Below are positions 10,546 to 21,136 of a DNA stretch of 64,000 bases, piece by piece (position 1 is the stretch's first letter; every line of letters starts with the position of its first letter). Source of the stretch: TPA_inf: Saccharomyces (taxonomy: Eukaryota). The notes under the pieces are model-generated. The model had not been told where the DNA came from and searched no databases. It worked only from the letters and a program-made list of their open reading frames with translations. A program made the position numbers and the translations under genes. The stretch covers positions 640,001-704,000 of the forward strand of contig BK006949.2 in NCBI GenBank assembly GCA_000146045.2, in the 5' to 3' direction.

Positions 10546-13500
10546 GTTATTGTTATTATTATTGTTATCATTATCATTATTGTTGTAGTTATTGGTATTA
10601 TTATTGTTATTATGACTCACTGAGCGGCTTAGAGGATTCATTTGACTCGAATAACCAGAATTATTATAATTGTTATTATTATTACTTACATTTGGTAAGT
10701 TAACTATAGGTAGGGATAAATTTGTTCCATTAGCAATTCTAAATGAATCAAATTGTGAATTCAATTCATCTAATCCGTTAGAATTACCGTTCTGATTTTG
10801 ATTTTGATTTCCGGAGTACACCACTTGTTGATTGTTGAAGTAGGAATTTATTTCACTCATCGGGGCTGGGTTAAAGTTCAATGCTGGCGTTGGACCTGCA
10901 TTGTTCATTTGTATAACGCTATTATGCCTTGAATTTGAACTTCTCACACTGGAAACAGAAACGCCTCTGGCGCGACCAGGAGAATGAAACCCCTGAGGAT
11001 GCTGTTTACGATGATTCTTGGAGGATTGTTTGGGTGATATTCCTGCTGATGATAGCCCAACTTCCTCCAGTAACTGGCGACTTTGTAAATTGATATTGGA
11101 ATTTAAAATCAGTTGACGAATCTTTGTTATAGCTTCATCTCTAACGCTATTGTCAAGAATTCTCGAGGTTAAAACCTTATAAATAAATGTTGGACCATAA
11201 TTACCCTCATCTAGTATCTGGAACAAGATAGAATCACTAGAAATTGGACCATCAAATATTGCATGGATAATTTTATTCTTCGACAGTGCCTCTTCTTCAC
11301 CACCTCTTAAATTGAGAATCTTTAAGACAGTAAGAGAGCCTAATTTATGACAACATAGTTTAACCAGATTTTTATTTACCAGTTTATCACATAAAATCAA
11401 GTTCTTGTTAGGTAAAGTGCAAGTATCCAATAGCCAAGTGATCAGTAAAGTGCCATTCGTATCCGTAGCTAGATAAGGAGAAAGCACAATTATCAGTGAA
11501 GTGATAGTCAGCAATTGGCATTGGGTAATAATGGAATCTGCTTCTAGACAAGCCCTTACAGCACGAGATCCATACCTGTTTTGAACTATTGTCCAAAAAT
11601 GAGATAAAACGCTTTCAAAAATGAAACTATTCCAGGGAAAACCAAACTTTAAAATACCTTGAATAACATAATTTCCAAACTGGTCGTTGAAGAGTGGAGT
11701 ACAGTAATCGCTTACACCTGAAGTTACAAGATTTATCTGCCTTGGCGTGTTTGCCATTTTGATGATCTTCTGACAAACCCAAGTACCGTTTTTGTGAACA
11801 CCCATAGATGTGAGATATTTATTACACTTCCTCAACATAATATCCCTGATGATATTTGACGAGTTTTCAAACAATTTTTGAATAACGGTATTACCCAAAT
11901 AGTCTGAACTTAATTCTGGTAATTGGTCCAGCATGACGATTGCCAATTGCTCCATTTCAATAGTAGATAATGAGTTCGAGTCAAACTGCTTTCTCAGTTC
12001 CCGCAATTTTGGTGCATCGAACGTATCCTTTCTCTTTGGAACTTTGGAGTTGTGCTCAGGCAGGGGACCAAAATAATTTGTATCAGACACTCCTTTATTT
12101 TTCAAGGCATTCTGCAAGAGATGATTCAACTCTAGATGATCATATTCTAACTTAAAAGAACTTATAGTGTGTAATATATCCTTTTTACTATCCGATAATG
12201 ATGGTGGAGGCAACGGGAAAGGGTAAGGTTCATTTTCGTTTGAAGATAATTGCAGATGGCTCAAATTCTGAGTGGGATTACAATATGTAAGATTTGGTTG
12301 ATTAAATGAAGTTGGTTGTTGTTGTAGCTCCGGCTGTTGTAGCGATTGTTGCAGCTGATAATTGAGCACCCCGTGATTCAACTGTTCTTGCAACAGCGGT
12401 TGCTTGGGAGTGTTGTTGAAGCCATTAACGTTAAGAGGTTGTTCATACATGGGTAAGACTCGCGCAAAAGATACCGTACTTGGTGCCCCTACTTTAGACA
12501 GTTCCTTACCTTGTAGAGCTTCCAAAGCACATATTGCACTTTCAACTGTGGAAAACTCTACTAATGCCATATTCAGGCCTCTTAGTGTCCTCGCAGAAAG
12601 CACTTTACCATACTGTGAACATAAAGTCGCTAAGGAAGTACTCGTCAAATTTACAGCGTTCTGTTGATGTTGTTGAGTAGGCTGTAATGGAAACACGTTT
12701 GAAATAGATATTGTGTTAGTGGGCAAAAGCGCCGATATTTGATTGACTAGTGGTACTTTTTGGTTTGCTGTAATCCAATTTATCGAGGCTGGATCGACGT
12801 CATCAAGGATAACAGGGGATATTGAAGTACTTTTTGGAACTCTAGGAGGCACTTGAACCTGGTAATTCTGTGCAGGCTGTTGATAGTAGGGCGCGTCAGT
12901 ATAAACCCTGTTTGTGGTAGATTGAGATTGAGAGCGCTGCCTGTTAACTATCGGAGTATTAAGGTGGTCAGTGTTACTATTTCCTGCACTCGACCATATG
13001 TTTGGATTCCCATTTTTCTCCAGAAAACTGTTTAGTTGAGCTGTTTGAGGCAGCGTATAATTATCAGTGGACTTGAATCTAGTCAATGGCTCAAAATAAG
13101 AAGTGGCGAGAGGATAATCAAACAAAGGACTGGAAGAAGTATTACTTTCTGCATTAGCACTCCAAATATTTGCACTCGTGGCATTGCCCACATCAGTAGT
13201 CAAAGAAGAACTTGCAGTGATCTGAGAAGATACTGTGTTATTTCTTGTTCTTGTTCTGGTCGTAGTAGACTGTAATGACAGCGGAGTAGCCACCGTAAAA
13301 GAATCGCTAGACACTCTGGGAGCGTATGTCGTGGAATTTAAACTGTCTGGAGTACTGCTCGTAGGAGGCACAACAACTACAGGGGTACTCTTCTTTGAAT
13401 GGTGTAGCTTAGCGCTAATCGAAGGGAGTAGATTGGTTAGAGTATCTGAAAACCTGCCCGCACGAGTACGATAGGAGCCAATTTTCTGTGGGGAAGTGGA

Positions 13501-13662
13501 GCTAGAACGACCTCTCTTGTCAGAGACTCTCACAGAACGAGCATTTGTATTCATGCGTGTATCATTTCTAATATCCTCTTCATAAATTGGAATTGTAATT
13601 CCAGGATCTATAACCTCAGGAATGTTGGATAGGTTACCGTTATACAGTCTTTTGTTGTCCAT
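10435..13662 (-). CDS. PUF2: PUF-family (Pumilio) mRNA-binding protein with RRM and a poly-Asn tail
   Basis: 1075-aa ORF with an N-terminal Ser/Thr/Asn-rich region and a C-terminal Asn tract (...[43 protein letters not shown]). Length equals Puf2. Confidence 0.9.
10471..10616 (-). repeat. (AAT)n trinucleotide microsatellite (~48 repeats with TAT/TAC/TGT interruptions) encoding the Puf2 poly-Asn tract
   Basis: Plus strand shows tat tat tat tat tac tat tat ... gtt att gtt att continuously from ~10471 to ~10616. Confidence 0.9.
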
Positions 13663-14165
13663 CAGAATTCAGAAAACAGTAGCAAGGGACAGCGATAGTA
13701 GATATATCTCTCTAACAATGAATATACACTTAAGCTAGTAACAAATAATTGAATGGTTAGTATAGAGGAAAGTAAGTTATGCCGTTGCTCTGTGCCATTC
13801 AGCAGTATATGCACCATCGCTTGCTCTTTCGAGGGGTGGTTTCATACTATTTCACAATTTTTTTACTTAGTTCTTTTTTGGAACAACAGCCGGGTTACCA
13901 AAAGATCTCAAACGAAACTAAGACTGTTCAAATTTTCAAAGAATCCGTACATTTAGAAATTTTTTTTTTTTCCGCAAGAAATATCCTTGCTTTTTTTCAC
14001 TTTTGTTAACTTTTTCTAACGCAACGCACGAGGCGGCTCACTCAGTGTTATGTGAGATATTGGGCTATATGGGATGTTAGAGTTAGGTATCATATATAGT
14101 ATTTGGCACGCCTTTTTTTAGTTCAGACAGTAGTAGCAAACAACAGGAAGACAACTGAGACAAAA

Positions 14166-14847
14166 ATGTATGATATATTACGCACACGATTTACCGTTTG
14201 CTTGGAGGAGTAGTGTTTCGTGATGAAATAGACTGATATAGACAGAATTCCACAGACTTTTACGATATAAAGGGAAAAACATGAAGTTGAACACCATATC
14301 TCAAATGAATAGGATCACTGTAATTCGATAGGGTACAATTATGTGAAATGTCTGCTTTATGGGAACTTTCATTCATATACCTGAAGGTGGCAAACTAGTC
14401 TTACGAAACTGTTCAGTGCAGAGATAGAATTTTGTGGAGATGCATATAGGGAAACAAAGTGGAATTTATGCTTGTATAATCACCAATTCGAAACACTAAA
14501 CCTCGACCTATTTAGAATTTCCTTCAAGATTTACTAACATATTTTGATATTTTTTCTTTTTTGAATACAGGGCTAAAAGAACTAAGAAGGTTGGTATCAC
14601 TGGTAAGTACGGTGTCCGTTATGGTTCCTCTTTGAGAAGACAAGTCAAGAAGTTGGAAATCCAACAACACGCTAGATACGATTGTTCTTTCTGTGGTAAG
14701 AAGACCGTCAAGAGAGGTGCTGCTGGTATTTGGACTTGTTCCTGTTGTAAGAAGACCGTCGCTGGTGGTGCTTACACTGTCTCCACTGCTGCTGCCGCCA
14801 CCGTTAGATCTACCATCAGAAGATTGAGAGAAATGGTTGAAGCTTGA
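14166..14847 (+). CDS. RPL43A: Ribosomal protein L43A (eL43); spliced, join(14166..14167,14571..14847)
   Basis: Exon 2 (14571-14847) translates [91 protein letters not shown]. It is preceded by the branch point TACTAAC (14532-14538) and the acceptor aatacAG|G. The only way to supply the initiator Met is AT at 14166-14167 in caaaaAT|GTATGA, so the ATG is split across a ~403-nt intron. Confidence 0.85.
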
Positions 14848-15079
14848 TTTTATTTTAATTATATGTATAAAAATCATAAAACAACTATATAATTAATTAT
14901 AACTCAAAAACTTTTCCAGTAAATGTCTGTTTTTTGGGCAGGAACAATGGCCAATAGCTCACGTACTGTTCGTGGGGGCCTTAAGCCTGGTATCTAGGCT
15001 CTGATTTCCAGAAGAAAGTGACATCGATGAATGCACTCAAGAGATTTTATGTGTTGTGAATATGTATATATTTATTTAG

Positions 15080-15100
15080 AAAAAAAAAAAAAAAAAAAAA
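15080..15100. repeat. Poly(dA)21 tract between the convergent 3' ends of RPL43A and THP3
   Basis: 21 consecutive A residues seen directly. Confidence 0.95.
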
Positions 15101-15139
15101 CCAAAATCATATACCTTAGGCATCCCGTTTCCCTCTTCA

Positions 15140-16552
15140 TCATTTTTGTCCCTTTATATCAATTTTTTTAGACTTCATATAATTTTGTATCAACTGTACC
15201 CTACATCCCTTGGTATTCAAAATCTTGATATTACTACTTTTGCCATTACTGTCAGTGATTTGTTTGTTTAATATGAACTCCGTCAAGTTTTGCTCATTCA
15301 AGAAATTTGTTGTCTCTTCTATACTGTTGAAATTAAACTCACTTTTAACAAAATCTAAATTGACCTGGTTATAACTCTTACAAATTATGGTCAAAAATAT
15401 CAACTTTTCTAGATTTAAGAATGAATTAATTAGACATTTTTCAAATTTGTGCAGTTTTAGGTAGTTTTTCATGAAGTAGTGATAATTGCCGACTAGTTTC
15501 ATATCGCTCAACTCAAATATCATTTTGACATGTTCGTCCTCCAAGATTTCCGAAGAGCCATCGTCTATTAACTTAAGTTTTAAATGAGAAATCGACGGAT
15601 AGTCTTCGGTTAACATCGAATACAAAACAGAATAGCATATAAATTCGGAATAAGATTTTTTTGGTATTGTAGGGTTTTCGAATAACGCCATAATCCTATT
15701 TTGACATTGATTAAATTCCCCAAGATCTCCGTTCTCCAAGGCAATACGTGCATGCGTTTGGTACACTTTAATAGTGAAAGAGTTCTCGATCATTTGCACT
15801 CTTAGGTCTTGTCTCATTGATTTAAACTGGTCGCAAAGGTAAGTATAAGTGGCTGTTTTAGATTGGTATTTGTCCATTAACAAGCAATACATTTTTTGTA
15901 GAATATTTGGGGGTCTGATCAAGTCAGGATTAGGCTCTGAAGTTAGTCTCAGATAAGATTTCTCTAGAGTTTGGCAACGCCCTACCACATGAATCTTTTT
16001 GTCATATTGATGAGATTTGCTACTAATGGCATTTAGGTTGGCAAAGTCTTCATTCAAATTATCGTTACTATTCGTCGTCGCTGATGGTCCCTGACTGAAT
16101 CTTTCTGCCCTTCTCTTTCTTCTCTCTAATTCATCACTGCCACCCATTTCAACTTTCCATCCCGATGCCGAACCTACAGCACCATGCCCTACTATATTAC
16201 TGTTGCTCATTACATTGCCGGATACCCCGTTAGAAAGGGCTGATGCCTTCTTAGATACTCTTGGTAATTTCTTTTTAATGTTTTTGTTCATACGTTTTTG
16301 TAATCCCGGAAGCGGTGTTACCATCAAAGGGTTAGAAACCTGGTTGACGTTGTTCCAAGATAAACGTGGTTCTGGCAAAGGCAGAGAAGGTTGTTGATTG
16401 GCAATGAAATTATTATTATTGTATGTCAGAGAAGGGAAAGATCCGGCGTAATCTAGGGGCCTATTCAGGCTTTGGCCGAATGGTCCTCCTTGAGATGAAG
16501 CTTCCCTGTCCTCCGTGGTATTGTTAGTAAAGTGACCGTAAGGATTCTGCAT
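15140..16552 (-). CDS. THP3: SAC3/GANP-domain protein involved in transcription elongation and mRNP biogenesis
   Basis: 470-aa ORF MQNPYGHFTNNTTEDREASSQGGPFGQSLNRPLDYAGSF... Length and position fit YPR045C. Confidence 0.85.
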   Translation of the reverse strand: MQNPYGHFTNNTTEDREASSQGGPFGQSLNRPLDYAGSFPSLTYNNNNFIANQQPSLPLPEPRLSWNNVNQVSNPLMVTPLPGLQKRMNKNIKKKLPRVSKKASALSNGVSGNVMSNSNIVGHGAVGSASGWKVEMGGSDELERRKRRAERFSQGPSATTNSNDNLNEDFANLNAISSKSHQYDKKIHVVGRCQTLEKSYLRLTSEPNPDLIRPPNILQKMYCLLMDKYQSKTATYTYLCDQFKSMRQDLRVQMIENSFTIKVYQTHARIALENGDLGEFNQCQNRIMALFENPTIPKKSYSEFICYSVLYSMLTEDYPSISHLKLKLIDDGSSEILEDEHVKMIFELSDMKLVGNYHYFMKNYLKLHKFEKCLINSFLNLEKLIFLTIICKSYNQVNLDFVKSEFNFNSIEETTNFLNEQNLTEFILNKQITDSNGKSSNIKILNTKGCRVQLIQNYMKSKKIDIKGQK

Positions 16553-16798
16553 AATGTTATTGGAAACTCAACTACTCGCTGCCGAACGGTTCCTACTCCT
16601 TGTATTCTATGGTTTCTTTACGAGACAGCCAAATCTCTATTTTTTGTCATGTTCAGTCCTTTTTTACTCAAAAATTCCAAACCGTGAAGGATGATGCATG
16701 TTGACAATAAATGATAGCCGTCATCACATACAGTGTGCAATATCTAGATACTTCTAACCATTTCTTCCTGTCGTGGGGAGTTCATACCATTTTGACAG

Positions 16799-17344
16799 AT
16801 GACAAACAGTAGTGAAAAACAATGGGAAAGAATCCAGCAATTAGAAAAGGAGCACGTGGAGGTATATAGAGAGTTGTTGATCACGTTGGACAGGTTGTAC
16901 TTGATTAGAAAACACAATCATGCGGTAATATTAAGCCATACTCAACAGCGCCTCTTGGAAATTAGACACCAACTTCAAATTAATCTTGAAAAGACTGCTC
17001 TTCTTATTAGACTGTTGGAGAAACCGGACAATACCAATGTATTATTCACCAAGCTACAAAACCTCTTAGAAGAAAGCAATTCTCTGGACTATGAGCTCTT
17101 GCAATCGTTAGGTGCTCAATCTTCATTGCACAAACAGTTGATTGAATCAAGAGCAGAACGCGACGAATTGATGTCAAAACTGATTGAGTTATCGTCGAAG
17201 TTTCCCAAACCAACTATACCGCCAGACGACAGTGATACTGCTGGAAAACAGGTTGAGGTAGAAAAGGAAAATGAAACGATACAAGAATTGATGATTGCTT
17301 TACAGATACACTCCGGATATACAAACATATCCTACACAATTTGA
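16799..17344 (+). CDS. MCM16: Kinetochore protein (Ctf19/COMA-associated, CENP-H-like)
   Basis: 181-aa coiled-coil ORF MTNSSEKQWERIQQLEKEHVEVYRELLITLDRLYL... Length equals Mcm16. Confidence 0.85.
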   Translation: MTNSSEKQWERIQQLEKEHVEVYRELLITLDRLYLIRKHNHAVILSHTQQRLLEIRHQLQINLEKTALLIRLLEKPDNTNVLFTKLQNLLEESNSLDYELLQSLGAQSSLHKQLIESRAERDELMSKLIELSSKFPKPTIPPDDSDTAGKQVEVEKENETIQELMIALQIHSGYTNISYTI

Positions 17345-17528
17345 TTTTTATCTTCTAATGCTATTTATATATTCAAATAATTTTAATACTGACAACGCTA
17401 ATAATAATAGTTACTTAATTAAGGTTTGAATCTTCGAGAAAAAAAAAAGGTAGGAAAATTAAGGAACTACTCACAAATTCAGAGAGAGAGAAGGGATAAA
17501 AAAATATCTGCCAATGGAGGTAACTTCA

Positions 17529-18938
17529 ATGTTTCTCAATAGAATGATGAAGACCAGGACTGGTCTTTATCGCTTATATTCAACCCTTAAAGTTCCACAT
17601 GTAGAAATCAATGGCATAAAATACAAGACCGACCCACAGACTACCAATGTTACAGATTCAATAATAAAGCTTACCGACAGATCATTACATTTGAAAGAAT
17701 CACATCCAGTAGGCATTCTTCGCGATCTAATTGAAAAGAAATTAAACTCAGTCGACAACACATTTAAGATCTTTAATAATTTCAAGCCCGTGGTAACCAC
17801 AATGGAAAACTTCGATTCTTTAGGGTTTCCTAAGGATCATCCTGGAAGATCAAAATCTGACACATATTATATAAATGAGACGCACCTACTGAGAACACAT
17901 ACTTCAGCCCACGAATTAGAGTGCTTTCAAAAAATAAGAAACGATTCAGATAATATTAAAAGTGGATTTTTAATATCTGCAGATGTGTACAGAAGAGATG
18001 AAATTGACAAAACTCACTATCCGGTATTCCACCAAATGGAAGGAGCCACAATTTGGAAACGAACGAAGGCTGATGTGGGCGTAAAGGAGCCAATGTATAT
18101 CGAGAAAATCCGTGAAGATATCAGACAGGTAGAGAACCTTTTAAATAAAGAAAATGTAAAGATTACGGTTGACGATGATACTATACCTTTGAAAGAAAAT
18201 AATCCTAAACAAGAGTATATGTCCGATCTGGAGGTTGATTTGTGCTCTCAACATTTGAAGAGGTCCATTGAACTGATAGTTTCTGAAGTTTTTAACAAAA
18301 AAATATCTAGCATGATCAAGAACAAAGCGAATAATACACCCAAAGAGCTAAAAGTCCGTTGGATTAACGCTTACTTCCCCTGGACCGCGCCCTCATGGGA
18401 AATAGAGGTTTGGTGGCAGGGCGAATGGCTCGAACTCTGCGGATGCGGATTGATTCGTCAAGATGTGCTACTAAGAGCCGGATATAAACCTTCTGAAACA
18501 ATTGGGTGGGCTTTTGGCTTGGGTTTGGACCGCATTGCTATGCTTCTTTTTGAAATTCCAGATATTAGACTGCTTTGGAGTCGTGATGAAAGATTTTCAA
18601 GACAATTCTCCAAGGGATTAATTACTTCCTTCAAACCTTATTCAAAACACCCGGGATCATTTAGGGATGTTGCGTTTTGGTTACCAGAAGATAAACCAGA
18701 TATTCATCAAGTTCATGAAAATGATTTGATGGAAATTATCAGAAATATAGCTGGCGATTTGGTAGAGAGTGTCAAGCTAGTCGATAGCTTTACGCATCCG
18801 AAAACTGGGAGAAAATCTATGTGCTACAGGATCAACTATCAATCAATGGACAGAAATTTGACAAACGCCGAAGTTAACACTTTGCAAGACATGGTGTGTT
18901 CTAAATTGGTAAAAGAATACAGCGTAGAACTCAGATAG
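17529..18938 (+). CDS. MSF1: Mitochondrial phenylalanyl-tRNA synthetase (single-subunit, class II)
   Basis: ORF has class II aaRS motifs and a FDX anticodon-binding C-terminus (…FRDVAFWLPED…). It runs 469 aa from the second ATG (MFLNRMMKTRTG...), and the track ORF begins 5 codons upstream at another ATG (17514). Confidence 0.88.
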   Translation: MFLNRMMKTRTGLYRLYSTLKVPHVEINGIKYKTDPQTTNVTDSIIKLTDRSLHLKESHPVGILRDLIEKKLNSVDNTFKIFNNFKPVVTTMENFDSLGFPKDHPGRSKSDTYYINETHLLRTHTSAHELECFQKIRNDSDNIKSGFLISADVYRRDEIDKTHYPVFHQMEGATIWKRTKADVGVKEPMYIEKIREDIRQVENLLNKENVKITVDDDTIPLKENNPKQEYMSDLEVDLCSQHLKRSIELIVSEVFNKKISSMIKNKANNTPKELKVRWINAYFPWTAPSWEIEVWWQGEWLELCGCGLIRQDVLLRAGYKPSETIGWAFGLGLDRIAMLLFEIPDIRLLWSRDERFSRQFSKGLITSFKPYSKHPGSFRDVAFWLPEDKPDIHQVHENDLMEIIRNIAGDLVESVKLVDSFTHPKTGRKSMCYRINYQSMDRNLTNAEVNTLQDMVCSKLVKEYSVELR

Positions 18939-19181
18939 GGATACGGACTCAAACTAGTTGCAGGTGTTTTACCGCAGCTGTATATATCTTGTAAATACTT
19001 TGTCAGGTTCTTTGTATCACTTCAATCTATGTTCATCTATCTATCTGTTTTTCTTAATTACTAAGCATTTGCGGCAATGCGATGACTACATAAAAAAAAA
19101 AAATTCGAAAAATTTCATGAGCCTTATTAACATGAAGATTCTAGTCAACAGTAGGCCATCTGTGTTTCCATTAATCGCTGC

Positions 19182-21053
19182 ATGTCATCGAGCAAGAAAA
19201 TCGTCATCCTCTATGGATCGGAGACAGGTAACGCGCATGATTTTGCTACAATCTTATCCCATCGACTACATCGCTGGCATTTCTCCCATACATTTTGCTC
19301 CATTGGTGATTATGACCCACAGGATATCTTGAAATGCAGGTACCTTTTTATTATATGCTCCACAACAGGCCAAGGTGAATTACCAAGGAATGTCAATGCA
19401 TTAAAAGGTGAAAGACCCGTCACGTTCTGGTCGTTTTTAAAGAGAAAGAATCTTCCGTCGAATTTGCTCAACCATATTCAAACTGCCATGCTTGGACTTG
19501 GTGATTCATCTTATCCTAAGTTTAACTACGGCATTAGAAAGCTACATCAGCGCATTGTCACACAATTGGGTGCTAATGAATTATTCGATAGATTGGAGGC
19601 TGACGACCAGGCTATGGCTGGTAGCAATAAGGGTACAGGTCTCGGAATTGAATCAGTATATTTTGAATATGAAAAGAAAGTCCTAAGCTTTCTTTTAAGT
19701 AAGTACCCCAACAGAAAGGTCAATGGCCAAATAATTAAGAGGGAAGAATTGGACCCTGAGGTTTACCTAGAGCCAGCATCCTACCTACAGCTTTCAGACG
19801 AACATGCCAATGAAAAGTTCACTAGCACCAAGGTTATATTCGAAGGTGATGAATCGTTAAAGGTTGGCAGAGTTAATATAAACAAAAGGATTACATCTGA
19901 AGGTCATTTCCAAGACGTGAGGCAGTTCAAGTTTAGTAATGTGGACAAGATTCAAGAAAACTATGAACCCGGTGATACAGTAACCATATATCCTTGCAAT
20001 ACAGATGAGGATGTTTCAAGATTCCTAGCAAATCAAAGCCATTGGTTAGAAATTGCGGACAAACCATTGAATTTCACCAGTGGAGTTCCTAATGATCTTA
20101 AGGATGGTGGATTAGTTCGCCCGATGACTTTAAGGAACTTGTTGAAATATCACTGTGATTTCATGAGCATTCCTAGAACAAGTTTTTTCTTGAAGATTTG
20201 GACCTTTGCAACTGATGTAACTAAGATGGAACGTGGCCAAGAACAACTGAATGATCAAAGAGAAAAATTGCGCCAATTTGCTACTGATCAAGATATGCAG
20301 GACTTATATGACTACTGTAATAGACCCAGAAGGTCAATTCTTGAAGTACTGGAAGATTTTATCTCCGTAAAGTTGCCCTGGAAATATGTGCTAGATTACT
20401 TGCCCATCATTAAACCAAGGTACTACTCTATATCTAGCGGCCCTGGGGATCCTAATATTGAATTAACAGTTGCGATAGTAAAATATAAAACTATCTTAAG
20501 GAAAATTCGAAGAGGAATTTGCACTAACTACATTGCACGATTGCAAGAGGGGGAACAGATAAGGTATAAGTTACAAAATAATCACATAATCAAAAAGGAA
20601 TTTTTGAATAAACCTATGATTCTTGTCGGACCGGGTGTCGGTCTAGCACCATTATTATCAGTGGTTAAAGCGGAGATATCTAAAGATATCAAACTCCTCT
20701 TCGGTTGTAGATATAAAGATAAAGATTATATTTATAAAGATATGCTGGAAGATTGGTTCCGTAAGGGCAAAATTGCCTTACATTCATCCTTTTCCAGAGA
20801 TGAGGAAAATTCACCAGGTGTTAAATATGTCCAAGACTACTTATGGAGATTAGGTGAGGAAATAACTAATTTGGTAGTTAATAAAGACGCCGTTTTTTTC
20901 TTATGTGGCTCATCAGGTAAAATGCCTATCCAAGTCAGATTAACATTCATTGAAATGTTAAAAAAATGGGGCAATTTTAGTGATGAAGAAACTGCCAAAA
21001 AATACCTGAAAGAAATGGAAAAATCTGATAGATATATCCAGGAAACTTGGTAG
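19182..21053 (+). CDS. TAH18: Diflavin (FMN/FAD/NADPH) reductase of the cytosolic Fe-S assembly pathway
   Basis: 623-aa ORF with an N-terminal flavodoxin-like domain (KIVILYGSETGNAHDFA) and a C-terminal FAD/NADPH ferredoxin-reductase module (RYYSISS...GPGVGLAP). Length equals Tah18. Confidence 0.92.
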   Translation: MSSSKKIVILYGSETGNAHDFATILSHRLHRWHFSHTFCSIGDYDPQDILKCRYLFIICSTTGQGELPRNVNALKGERPVTFWSFLKRKNLPSNLLNHIQTAMLGLGDSSYPKFNYGIRKLHQRIVTQLGANELFDRLEADDQAMAGSNKGTGLGIESVYFEYEKKVLSFLLSKYPNRKVNGQIIKREELDPEVYLEPASYLQLSDEHANEKFTSTKVIFEGDESLKVGRVNINKRITSEGHFQDVRQFKFSNVDKIQENYEPGDTVTIYPCNTDEDVSRFLANQSHWLEIADKPLNFTSGVPNDLKDGGLVRPMTLRNLLKYHCDFMSIPRTSFFLKIWTFATDVTKMERGQEQLNDQREKLRQFATDQDMQDLYDYCNRPRRSILEVLEDFISVKLPWKYVLDYLPIIKPRYYSISSGPGDPNIELTVAIVKYKTILRKIRRGICTNYIARLQEGEQIRYKLQNNHIIKKEFLNKPMILVGPGVGLAPLLSVVKAEISKDIKLLFGCRYKDKDYIYKDMLEDWFRKGKIALHSSFSRDEENSPGVKYVQDYLWRLGEEITNLVVNKDAVFFLCGSSGKMPIQVRLTFIEMLKKWGNFSDEETAKKYLKEMEKSDRYIQETW

Positions 21054-21136
21054 TCGATAACAAGACTTATCGCATTATAATGTTAAATAGATACATAATT
21101 AAAATCTTGTCATTTGTGACAAACGTTTAGCACTGT

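Noticed and set aside
10446-10703. 85-aa plus-strand ORF consisting almost entirely of Tyr (MTCSGTNLYHYYYYYYYYYY...)
   Set aside because: It is the antisense reading of the (AAT)n poly-Asn repeat inside PUF2. It is pure low-complexity with no independent start or stop context, so I treat it as an artefact.
14524-14877. 117-aa minus-strand ORF antisense to RPL43A exon 2 (position of dubious YPR044C/OPI11)
   Set aside because: It is antisense to a highly codon-biased ribosomal protein exon, and the translation is a Ser/Gly/Thr low-complexity run. Any phenotype attributed to it is better explained by disruption of RPL43A.
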